From NCBI GenBank assembly GCA_045568475.1, contig JBJLAY010000047.1, positions 1-54,935 of the forward strand: DNA of 54,935 bases. The letters run 5' to 3'. The DNA is from Candidatus Poseidoniaceae archaeon. Its GTDB lineage: Archaea > Thermoplasmatota > Poseidoniia > Poseidoniales > Poseidoniaceae. Below, piece by piece: positions 1-8,153 of the stretch (the first letter of the stretch is position 1; each line of letters begins with the position of its first letter). A program made the translations under genes and the position numbers. The notes under the pieces were generated by a model that searched no databases, was not told the DNA's origin, and saw only the letters and a program-made list of their open reading frames with translations.

Positions 1-290
1 CCTTCACTCATCTCATCATCTGCATCTAGACCTAGTTGAGTTGGCAAATCGAAAGCTACCGAGAGACCTTTTTGACCTCTGTCCAATAGCAATTTGAAAC
101 GTTCGTTTGTTTCTTCTGCACTACTGAAGCCAGCATACTGACGCATTGTCCATAATCTTGAACGATACATCGTGTCATGAATACCACGTGTATAGGGTGG
201 TTTTCCAGCAACATCTGGGCCAGCGATTTTGGGGACCTCGATTCCACCAAGTGTCCGCCAGTCTTCCCTACGCTGGCTACTCATTGACAT
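1..290 (-). CDS. Methylmalonyl-CoA mutase family, substrate-binding (large) subunit; 5' part only, runs off window start
   Basis: Not in ORF track. Manual translation from ATG 290: [20 protein letters not shown]...[35 protein letters not shown]...[15 protein letters not shown], the classic MCM N-terminal motifs. Confidence 0.93.
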   Translation of the reverse strand, partial: MSMSSQRREDWRTLGGIEVPKIAGPDVAGKPPYTRGIHDTMYRSRLWTMRQYAGFSSAEETNERFKLLLDRGQKGLSVAFDLPTQLGLDADDEMSE

Positions 291-363
291 CTCTCCAATC
301 GTTATACTTTCATGCGTGCGTATAAATCCTCATACTAAATTTTAGAAAAACAACATATTAATT

Positions 364-890
364 TCAACAGCAACCGTCGTCATTACACTCTTTAGTTGGC
401 TCTTTGGTAGTCTTTTCTTCATGGACCACTCCACCTACTCCGTGAACATGCCCGTGTAAAATCTCTTCTTGCTCTGCATCTCTGATATCAATAACTTCAA
501 CATTAAATGTCAGTGATTGACCTGCAAGTGCGTGATTGAAATCAACAGTCACTGAATCTTCAGCAACAGCAGTAACCCTAAATGGCCCCATGTCGCTCAT
601 CAGAGTCATACCTACTTCCGGAGTTATTTCACCAAACATTTCTGTAGGAACTTGTTGAACAGCATCTGGATTGTGGTTGCCATATGCATCCTCTGATGAA
701 AGCGTGAATTCTACTTTGTCACCAGTTTTCGCACCCATTAACTCTCTTTCAAAACCGGAATCATCTGTTTGTGTCCTACTAAGAAAACGAGAGGTTCTCT
801 ATCCTTGCTTGAATCAAAAACTTCCCCTGAATCCGGGAGTGTTCCAGTATAATGTACAGTTGCTACTTTGTTATTTGCGATTTCCGACAT
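364..890 (-). pseudogene. slyD: FKBP-type peptidyl-prolyl isomerase (SlyD-like), split by a 1-bp frameshift near 755 (pseudogene or sequence error)
   Basis: ORF 738..938 gives VHYTGTL..GEVFDSS..EPLVFLVGHKQMIP. ORF 364..738 gives DAYG...VDFNHALAGQSLTFNVEV and a His/Cys tail. Adding one G to CCG GTT TTG restores MIPGFERELMGAK. Confidence 0.88.
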
Positions 891-894
891 ATCA

Positions 895-1749
895 TCATCT
901 CTTCGTTGTATATTTTTTAACCATCTTCCTGAATTCATCAGCGATATTTTCTGGAATAATTAGTTCTGCCTCTTTTTGATTAATGAATTCAATGGCTTCA
1001 GACACACCCATTCTTTCTCCCTTAGCCCATATTTGGCCTAGGACATTTGAGCGGTGCTCTTCACTAACTTCATCAACATCCAGTAATTCTCTTGCAGCAT
1101 ACTTGTACTCCAAGTATTTACGACGATCGAGTTTTCTAGATTGAGGTTGTCTACCTCCACCTTTCTTATCACCTGGTCGTCGACGCTTCGGCCTACGATC
1201 AGCCTTTTTCTTTTCAGTTTTGATAGTCTTGAATACATTAGCAGGGTTAGGTTTTACTAAATTACTAACTGGTTCAGCTATGACTTCTTCCTCGACAACT
1301 TCAGTTACAACATCGTCCTCTTTGAGAATTTCAACTTCGGCTACAGGTGTTTCTTCAGTTTTCTTAGCATCCTTAGCATCTTTTGCGAATTGAGCAGTAG
1401 CTGCTGATTTCGCTCTTAATGCGGCCAATCTGTCCTCACGATTTTCAGGTTTCTTAATCGATGTTTTAGGAGCAGGTTTGGGTTGAGGAGATGGCTTATG
1501 GACAGGAGTTGCTTTCGGGGCATCAATTTTTCCAGCAGAATTTTTCTCATCTTCTAATTCCTTACGCTTACGCATTGCCTCCATGGCGGCCTTTTGTTTA
1601 GCAGCTAAATCATTGGTTGGTTTAACCGGCTCAGGAGTGCGTGTACGACTTGGTTGACGCTGCACTTTTTCTTTCCTATCACGTGCTTTTTGACTAGCAT
1701 TTGGTGCAAATGGATTGAATGGCTCATCCTTGCGCCGTCGCCCGTTCAT
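895..1749 (-). CDS. Hypothetical protein; long Lys/Arg/Glu/Pro-rich low-complexity region and a short helical C-terminal domain
   Basis: Long ORF tiling between kae1 and slyD. ATG 1749 (MNGRRRK) preferred over GTG 1791. Confidence 0.75.
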   Translation of the reverse strand: MNGRRRKDEPFNPFAPNASQKARDRKEKVQRQPSRTRTPEPVKPTNDLAAKQKAAMEAMRKRKELEDEKNSAGKIDAPKATPVHKPSPQPKPAPKTSIKKPENREDRLAALRAKSAATAQFAKDAKDAKKTEETPVAEVEILKEDDVVTEVVEEEVIAEPVSNLVKPNPANVFKTIKTEKKKADRRPKRRRPGDKKGGGRQPQSRKLDRRKYLEYKYAARELLDVDEVSEEHRSNVLGQIWAKGERMGVSEAIEFINQKEAELIIPENIADEFRKMVKKYTTKR

Positions 1750-1791
1750 ATTGGTGCGGCTATTCGGCCTCTCATAACCCTTGGCATCCAC

Positions 1792-2805
1792 TCAAGGCCA
1801 CGAAATCGGTGTTTGGTCTGTACGCATTTCCTGATCGATTCCAGAATGTGTTAATGACGTAGTCCTTCCACTTTGAATTTCGAGCCAACCTAATCTTGCA
1901 ATCATGGTTCCATTATCAATGCAATACATCTTCGGCGGGCAGTGGCTACTTGCGTCTCTTTCAGCGCACATGATAGAGGACATTTCCCGTAATCTCTGGT
2001 TGCAAGCTACCCCGCCACCCAATAAAATCTCAGTTTTTCCAGTATGAGCCAGAGCCCTTTCAGCAACTTCTATACAAGCCGCAAATGCATGTTCTTGAAG
2101 ACTCCAACATACCGCTTCAAATGGAGAACCTTGACTTACTAATTTATTGGCAGCACTCATTAGACCAGAGAATGCCAAGTCCATTCCATGCACTGCATAT
2201 GGCAACTCCAGTCCTTCTAACGATGGATTTGGATTTTTTGCAATCCATTCCAATGACTTCTGCTCAATAACTGGCCCTCCCGGGAATGGGATACCATGCT
2301 TTCTTGCAAATTTATCAAGCATATTGCCAATTCCAATATCCAATGTTTCACCGAGAACCCGGTACCTCCCATCCAACCTTGCAATTACTTGTGTATTACC
2401 TCCACTTACGTAGAGGAGTATCGGATCATCACAACCACATTGCTCACGGCCTATCTCAATATGTGCCACACAATGATTAACTCCGATTAATGGAACTCCG
2501 AGGTATTCAGAAATACTCCTAGCGGCTGCAGCACCGGTTCTAAGGCATGCACCCATCCCTGGTCCCTGAGAAAAAGCTACTGCGCCAATTTCACTAGGTG
2601 TGATGTCGTTGTCACTCAATATTTTAGAAAAAAGTTTAGTTGATAAATCTACATGATGGTCTGCAGCTTCTCTGGGATGTATGCCGCCTTCAGTTGGCCG
2701 CAATGTGTCTGAAGCAGATGGTCTTGGCCTTCCATTCGAATCTACTAGGCCGAAAGAAAAGGTATGCGCAGTTGATTCAATACCAAGGATCCATCCACCT
2801 CGCAT
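1792..2805 (-). CDS. kae1: tRNA N6-adenosine threonylcarbamoyltransferase Kae1 (KEOPS), stand-alone
   Basis: LGIESTAH, GGIHPREAADHH, VNHCVAHIE, YVSGGNTQ, GETLDIGIGNMLDKFAR, DNGTMIA, RTDQ motifs. Confidence 0.96.
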   Translation of the reverse strand: MRGGWILGIESTAHTFSFGLVDSNGRPRPSASDTLRPTEGGIHPREAADHHVDLSTKLFSKILSDNDITPSEIGAVAFSQGPGMGACLRTGAAAARSISEYLGVPLIGVNHCVAHIEIGREQCGCDDPILLYVSGGNTQVIARLDGRYRVLGETLDIGIGNMLDKFARKHGIPFPGGPVIEQKSLEWIAKNPNPSLEGLELPYAVHGMDLAFSGLMSAANKLVSQGSPFEAVCWSLQEHAFAACIEVAERALAHTGKTEILLGGGVACNQRLREMSSIMCAERDASSHCPPKMYCIDNGTMIARLGWLEIQSGRTTSLTHSGIDQEMRTDQTPISWP

Positions 2806-2857
2806 AATTATTCCTAGTAGGATATACTATCTAACGGTTATACTCTCCCCGTGTTAC

Positions 2858-4099
2858 ATGCAACGACTCTTGACCAACGCTGGACCCATTGCGCACCTTT
2901 CAGGTGAAGGTCCAATAACTGGTGAAATTGCTGATAATTCTAAGCATGTTTTGGGTGCCGGTTCTGGGATTTTAGTCGAGAATGGAGTTATCCAAAGAAT
3001 CGCACAATCGGATGAATTAGTTTCTGAATATACAAATGCCGAAATCATTGATTTAGCAGGTAAGGCGGTAATTCCTGGTTTAGTTGACTCACATGCTCAC
3101 CTACTTTGGGCAGGTGATAGAAGTCGTGAAGTTTCATGGAAGCAGCAAGGTCTCAGCTATCGTGAAATTGCATCTAAAGGCGGAGGGATTAATGCCACCG
3201 TTAAGCCTACTAGGGAATCAAGTGACGAGGAACTAAGACGAGTTGGAACTCAGCGAATGCTTGAAGCCATACGAAACGGAACAACTCACATGGAAGCTAA
3301 ATCCGGCTATGGCTTGGATACGAAAACCGAACTTCGTTTACTTTCAATTGGCAAGCAGTTAAGTGAAATAGAGCAATTACCAACTCTTGATTTAACTTGG
3401 CTAGGAGCCCATGCTGCTCCCCCTGGGTCCAATATTTCTGATTATTGCGAAGAGATTTTGTCTGAACAGCTTCCTGCAATTATCGAACAGGGAATAGCGC
3501 GCAGTGCTGATGTATTCTGCGAACCAGGTTGGTTTAGCGTTGAGCAAAGTGAAGATATACTCAGGGCTAGCCGAAGTGGGGGGTTAGATCTTCGAATTCA
3601 TATCGATGAATTTGTTGATGGAGGTGGAGGTGATTTAGCAGCCGAACTTTCCGTAGTAACTGCTGACCACGCCCACTATACCAATGATAATTCTCGAGAA
3701 TTAATGAGCAATGCAGGCGTAAATACCGGGTTCTTACCCGGAACTCCATATGCCATGGGTGCTGATTACCCCCCATTCCAAGATTGTCTGGATAATAATT
3801 GGGCATGGTCGTTCGCCTCAGATTTCAATCCAAATTGTAGAACTCTAAGTCTACCGTTTCTTGGTTCTATTTTGGTGCAACGTAATGAAATACCGCCAAT
3901 TACTTCTCTAGCGGCTTGTACTAGAAATTCAGCAGAAACTACACCTCACCCTTCTGGATTAATTCATGGCCAGATCTGCGAAGGTGCAATTGCTAACCTT
4001 AACATTGTAAATAGTCCATTTTGGGAAGCTTGGTGTTTGCAGCCTGGTCATTCACCATTTGTATCAACAATGCTTGCTGGTGAAATGATTTATCATTAA
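2858..4099 (+). CDS. hutI: Imidazolonepropionase
   Basis: PGLVDSHAH, GGGINATV, EAKSGYGL, GAHA, DVFCE, SDFNP motifs. Start moved to ATG 2858 to avoid overlap with kae1. Confidence 0.95.
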   Translation: MQRLLTNAGPIAHLSGEGPITGEIADNSKHVLGAGSGILVENGVIQRIAQSDELVSEYTNAEIIDLAGKAVIPGLVDSHAHLLWAGDRSREVSWKQQGLSYREIASKGGGINATVKPTRESSDEELRRVGTQRMLEAIRNGTTHMEAKSGYGLDTKTELRLLSIGKQLSEIEQLPTLDLTWLGAHAAPPGSNISDYCEEILSEQLPAIIEQGIARSADVFCEPGWFSVEQSEDILRASRSGGLDLRIHIDEFVDGGGGDLAAELSVVTADHAHYTNDNSRELMSNAGVNTGFLPGTPYAMGADYPPFQDCLDNNWAWSFASDFNPNCRTLSLPFLGSILVQRNEIPPITSLAACTRNSAETTPHPSGLIHGQICEGAIANLNIVNSPFWEAWCLQPGHSPFVSTMLAGEMIYH

Positions 4100-4122
4100 A
4101 CTCCTATTAGGTGGTATTTATT

Positions 4123-4458
4123 ATGAAATCAAAAAAGAGCTATTGGATGGAAACTGTAGTATGTTCAGCTCGAAGGGGTGTAGATGCAAGACTAGAGCGT
4201 ATGCTTGAAGCTCGTCAAGAAATGCGTCGTAGAACCGATGGATGCATTCGGGCCTGGGTTTCTCGTTCAATTGATAATCAACCAATGTTTTTGTTACAGG
4301 CTATTTACGAAGACGAGGAGTCTTGGCATAATTGTGCTAAAAGAATAGCAGAAGAGTTGGATTCCAGAGATGGCGGTATTGAATCTCTACTCGGCGGACC
4401 ACCTTTAGTTGGAATTTTTGCTTTAGATCCTAAAGATGTTGATTTGGAGGCCCCCTAA
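4123..4458 (+). CDS. Small ABM/dimeric alpha-beta barrel-like protein
   Basis: Pattern DGCIRAWVSRSIDNQPMFLLQAIYEDEESW resembles the ABM fold. SD-like AGGTGG precedes ATG 4123. Confidence 0.6.
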   Translation: MKSKKSYWMETVVCSARRGVDARLERMLEARQEMRRRTDGCIRAWVSRSIDNQPMFLLQAIYEDEESWHNCAKRIAEELDSRDGGIESLLGGPPLVGIFALDPKDVDLEAP

Positions 4459-4486
4459 TTGTCGCATAACGTACATTATGCGACGC
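4459..4486. other. dif-like Xer recombination site (11-6-11)
   Basis: TTGTCGCATAA-CGTACA-TTATGCGACGC: intergenic inverted arms (9 bp perfect) around a 6-bp spacer, with the GCATAA-N6-TTATG core typical of dif sites. Confidence 0.75.
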
Positions 4487-4659
4487 CGTAAATTAGTCTC
4501 ATGTGCTTTATGTGGCGCAGTGTGCCGTTTATGGGCCATATTTTGCAAACTTTTAGAAATTACACCCTTGAATGGGGGGGTTTTAGGGTAAAAAAGCAAA
4601 AAAATAGTTTTCTCAATCATAGGATTCATTACTATGAATATACAGGGGTGTCTGTTCTT

Positions 4660-4812
4660 ATGGCTGAAGTTAGCGGATTCTGTTTGAAATGCAAAACCTA
4701 TGGTCCTATCAAAGATGGTAAGATGATTGTAATGAGCAATGGGCGCACACGGTGCGCTGGTTTCTGCTCCCAAAACGGCTGTACTGGGAAAATTTCGAAG
4801 ATTGTATCTTGA
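4660..4812 (+). CDS. 50-aa basic zinc-ribbon protein (DUF5679-like)
   Basis: MAEVSGFCLKCKTYGPIKDGKMIVMSNGRTRCAGFCSQNGCTGKISKIVS: CxxC, MxNGR, second Cys pair. GGGGTG SD upstream. Confidence 0.8.
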   Translation: MAEVSGFCLKCKTYGPIKDGKMIVMSNGRTRCAGFCSQNGCTGKISKIVS

Positions 4813-4861
4813 CTGAGCTACCGATTCGGATATATACCGAATCACAGTGGCCAAGTTGCAA

Positions 4862-4934
4862 GGGCTCGTGGTCTAGGGGTTATGACGTTGCCTTGACATG
4901 GCAAAGATCGCCAGTTCAATTCTGGCCGAGCCCA
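4862..4934 (+). tRNA. tRNA-Val(GAC), intronless, CCA not encoded
   Basis: Acceptor stem GGGCTCG/CGAGCCC-A, anticodon arm TTGCC-TTGACAT-GGCAA, T arm GCCAG-TTCAATT-CTGGC. TATATA about 30 nt upstream. Confidence 0.97.
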
Positions 4935-4996
4935 CCTTGCAATAACTATCTAATGATTTTCAATTATTAACTTTTCAATAAGTGATTAATGTATAA

Positions 4997-5347
4997 TCAA
5001 TCAGACTCTATTTCTTCAGATTCAGGGATTTTGTTTTTTTCTTTTGCGACTGGCTTTTCATCAATGAATGAAAAATCAGTAGATCCACCAACCCAGTTTC
5101 TAACGTTACTATCGTCTCCCTCAAAATCTTCATCTGCTATTGCAGTCCCTGGGTTTATCGAATAATCGGTGGGGTCAACCTCTCTGGAAATAGCGCGTTC
5201 TTCAGGCGAAGGTGCAGCTCTTTCCTCCAAGTGTACGCCTGAATGAAATGTTCCACATTCTGGGCATCTAGCTGTTCCTTTTTGTGAAATTGTGCCACAA
5301 ACAGGACAGGATTCTTTTCCAACTAGGGCATCGAGCCTGTCAGACAT
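4997..5347 (-). CDS. Double zinc-ribbon protein with acidic tail
   Basis: CPVCG...CPECG. Start ATG 5347 lies 4 bp after the upstream gene's stop. Confidence 0.8.
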   Translation of the reverse strand: MSDRLDALVGKESCPVCGTISQKGTARCPECGTFHSGVHLEERAAPSPEERAISREVDPTDYSINPGTAIADEDFEGDDSNVRNWVGGSTDFSFIDEKPVAKEKNKIPESEEIESD

Positions 5348-5351
5348 AGAA

Positions 5352-7217
5352 TCACGCGTCGTCGTCATCATCTTCTAAGAACATGTCATCCTGGTCGCCG
5401 GTAACTTCATCGCCGTCATCAGTTTCAATGGTTACAGTTCCTTCATCATCATCGAATTCTATGATTTCACCAAAGAATTCTTCTCCATCTACATCAATTC
5501 CAACCCAGTCCCCAATGTCGATATCGTCATCATCGTCATCATCATCTTCAGTTTCATCCTCTTCATCATCTTCGAACTCATCTTCTTCATCAGAATCATC
5601 GTCATATGGACTTTCAATTTCTAGATCTTTTGGAGCATCTAACGCATCTTCATCCTCGCCCTCATCATCAGCGTTTTCCTCTTCAGATTCTGATGAATCT
5701 TCAACGGATTTGTCATCCCCCTTGACCCTCTTACGAAGGCTTGGAGCGTATACCATGTGCAAGTAAGCAGTTGCTCCAAGTCCAATAATTCCTAGAATAA
5801 TGAACATTATACCATCAAGATAGAATCCCTTAGGCATTGAATTAAAAGTGCCATCACTACTTTCACCAGAGAATATAGTTATTGAATTCCTACATTCATT
5901 TGGATCGATGGATGCCTCACATGGATAGGTTTCTCCATCGCTAACATATCCTGAGCAGGTATCGCCCAAACTATCTCCTATTTCGGTTCCACAATGGTTC
6001 CAATTATCACCACTTCCCTCATAGACAATAGTTCCTCCTTCTCCTGATGCACCGGGTATTGCAAAGCCATTGGCAATAAACAAACCAATCATGGTCACCA
6101 TTATGAAATACGCAACTGGATAAAAGATGTCATTTGCAGATTTACCCATCAAGAATTTTTGTAACTTCGATGGGAATTCTTTGACTTTCTTCGACTTAGG
6201 GAACTTACCTGGCTTGATTCCAATTTTCAAATCATCAAGTGCATTGACTAATTCAGAAGGATCAACACGATTATTTTCATTGGTATCTAAGTATTCCAAT
6301 ATCGCCTTAACTTGATTTGGAGTTAGCCATTCGCCACTGATTTTCTCGATACCTTTCTGAAGTTCTGGCGCATCTATCAGGTTGTCGTCATTACCGTCAA
6401 CGGCCATGAAAGCCTCGCTTGCGGTCATTCCTGATTCAGCTATTGCCAATGCAAGATTTTCAAACGCCATAACTACAGTACTGCGCCAGTACTCTAAATT
6501 CTTCAAATCCTCTTCTTCAGGAATCTCTTCTCCGGTTTCATCATCAGAGGAATCTTCTTCCGCCTCATTGTCTTCTGACTCTTCCACTGTGACCTCATCT
6601 GAATCTTCTTTGATTTCATCATCAGAAACTTCTTCGTGCTCCTCATCAGAATCCATTTCATCTTCAACATCAGAAATTTCATCTAAATCCTCTACCTCTT
6701 TATTCTCTTCAATTTCTTCTTCAGAATCAACTTGAACTTCATCGTCAGAAACGTCTTCAATTACTTCTTCGACTACTGAATCTTCTTCATCACTTTCAGC
6801 GGTTTCCGCATCGCTTGAACCAGGTTCCTCTTCCGAGTCATGATCTTCAATTTCCGATTCCTCTTCATCTGATGAATCCTCGGTAATGGCTTCTGTTTCT
6901 ACATCAGCTATTTCATCTTCAACAATCTCAGAATCCTCGGATTCCTCTTCGCTTTCAGTAGTTGCTTCTGTTTCATCATTAGCAACAAATGAGGCCCCAC
7001 ATTCAGGGCAAGATTCACTGTCTGCTGGAATGATTGCGCTACAGGCACCACATTCTCCTAATTCTTCTTCTGTAACTCCGCCAAAACGAACTCCACAGCT
7101 TGGGCATGATTCACTATCCAGGGCAACAATAGCATTGCAAGCACCACATTGTCCCATCGGAATTTCTTCTATTTCTTCGTCTGACAATGCCGCCACCGAA
7201 GAATCCCAGTTCAACAC
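5352..7217 (-). CDS. Acidic membrane protein: N-terminal zinc ribbons, EF-hand pair, two TM helices, C-terminal small beta-barrel-like domain
   Basis: Four CxxC (CGAC/CPSC/CGAC/CPEC), loops DGNDDNLIDAPE and DTNENNRVDPSE, two hydrophobic segments, long D/E tracts. Start uncertain. Confidence 0.82.
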   Translation of the reverse strand: MLNWDSSVAALSDEEIEEIPMGQCGACNAIVALDSESCPSCGVRFGGVTEEELGECGACSAIIPADSESCPECGASFVANDETEATTESEEESEDSEIVEDEIADVETEAITEDSSDEEESEIEDHDSEEEPGSSDAETAESDEEDSVVEEVIEDVSDDEVQVDSEEEIEENKEVEDLDEISDVEDEMDSDEEHEEVSDDEIKEDSDEVTVEESEDNEAEEDSSDDETGEEIPEEEDLKNLEYWRSTVVMAFENLALAIAESGMTASEAFMAVDGNDDNLIDAPELQKGIEKISGEWLTPNQVKAILEYLDTNENNRVDPSELVNALDDLKIGIKPGKFPKSKKVKEFPSKLQKFLMGKSANDIFYPVAYFIMVTMIGLFIANGFAIPGASGEGGTIVYEGSGDNWNHCGTEIGDSLGDTCSGYVSDGETYPCEASIDPNECRNSITIFSGESSDGTFNSMPKGFYLDGIMFIILGIIGLGATAYLHMVYAPSLRKRVKGDDKSVEDSSESEEENADDEGEDEDALDAPKDLEIESPYDDDSDEEDEFEDDEEDETEDDDDDDDDIDIGDWVGIDVDGEEFFGEIIEFDDDEGTVTIETDDGDEVTGDQDDMFLEDDDDDA

Positions 7218-7283
7218 ACGATATAATGGTTCATGGACTTGAAGCGTTACGGACTACATAGCCGGGGGCTAGGAGGTTGGCGA

Positions 7284-8153
7284 ATGAGCGATTTAGAGTT
7301 AGGACATGCGTACACACTTGATCTTGTTTCTCAAGATGAGATGTTAGCATTTGTTGATGCGTCCTCAATGAGGGACGAAGGACATGTATTACTACTTTCT
7401 AGACTTCCTCAGCGACGGCTTCTTGAGCATGTTGATTTAGATAAAGTAGAGGCTTATTGGGTTACTTCACAGGATGTGAATGGTTCAATTCAACCATCTT
7501 TGGACCAAATATTTGATTTGGTGTCGAAACGGTTTGAAAATCATACAGGATTGGCAGTCATAGAAGGTATAGAATGGCTAATTTCAATTCATGGATTCCC
7601 TGATGTGCTTAATCTTATTATGAGATTAAAAGATTCTTTACATCGTAAACCTTGGTCTCTATTATTGGTCGTTGTTGGCGACGTATTAAATCCGGTTCAG
7701 TATTCTCAGTGGCAAAAAGAAGCTCCATTTTGGTTGATTCCAAAGAAGGTTGAACTTAAGGATGTAGAAGTAATAGATTCTAATTCTATCGTGGAACAAA
7801 TTGTAGAAGATATTTCAGATGAATCAGAAAATAATAATTCACTTTCCTTCTTGGTTAGAATTCCGCGAGAAGGTTATTCTGTAGAAGTAGTCAGAAGAAG
7901 GATCCTTCAATGGAGGCGTATGGGCTTAGATGTCTCTTCGGCAGAGCCAGCACTTTTCCAAGAATCAGATGATTTAGGTTTTGAAATTTATAAATCGGTA
8001 GAAGATAAAGTCAGAAGGGCAGTTGAACTAGATAACCGATTAGATATTTTAATGGAAAGAGGTTATGCTTCCGAAGTTACAAAAATGCGATTTAGAGTAC
8101 GGCAATTAACTGGACTAGAGGACATAGAGTCGAAAATAGATGAACTCATCTAG
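7284..8153 (+). CDS. DUF835 (inactive RecA/KaiC-like) domain protein with helical C-terminus
   Basis: YWVT..., VIEGIEWLISIHGFPDVLNLIMRLKD resembles DUF835. AGGAGG SD precedes ATG 7284. Confidence 0.75.
   Translation: MSDLELGHAYTLDLVSQDEMLAFVDASSMRDEGHVLLLSRLPQRRLLEHVDLDKVEAYWVTSQDVNGSIQPSLDQIFDLVSKRFENHTGLAVIEGIEWLISIHGFPDVLNLIMRLKDSLHRKPWSLLLVVVGDVLNPVQYSQWQKEAPFWLIPKKVELKDVEVIDSNSIVEQIVEDISDESENNNSLSFLVRIPREGYSVEVVRRRILQWRRMGLDVSSAEPALFQESDDLGFEIYKSVEDKVRRAVELDNRLDILMERGYASEVTKMRFRVRQLTGLEDIESKIDELI

Noticed and set aside
56-250. 64-aa ORF in the track
   Set aside because: Wrong frame of the methylmalonyl-CoA mutase gene.
4461-4484. Palindrome as an intrinsic terminator hairpin
   Set aside because: No U-tract follows, archaea rarely use such hairpins, and the 11-6-11 dif pattern fits better; not fully excluded.
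4561-4590. G7 run as an ORB/replication origin
   Set aside because: No TCCA..GAAAC ORB core, no repeats of it, and no cdc6 in the window.
4423-4970. ORFs 4423..4854(-), 4501..4659 extension, 4752..4970(+)
   Set aside because: They run across the dif-like site, homopolymers or the tRNA and have no protein-like features.
4862-4996. Integrated element at the tRNA-Val 3' end
   Set aside because: No integrase, no repeated tRNA 3' end noticed, and flanking genes look native.
5383-7242. Ser-rich plus-strand ORFs (also 26748..27855, 28617..29270, 37984..38808)
   Set aside because: Antisense shadows of acidic or conserved genes on the other strand.
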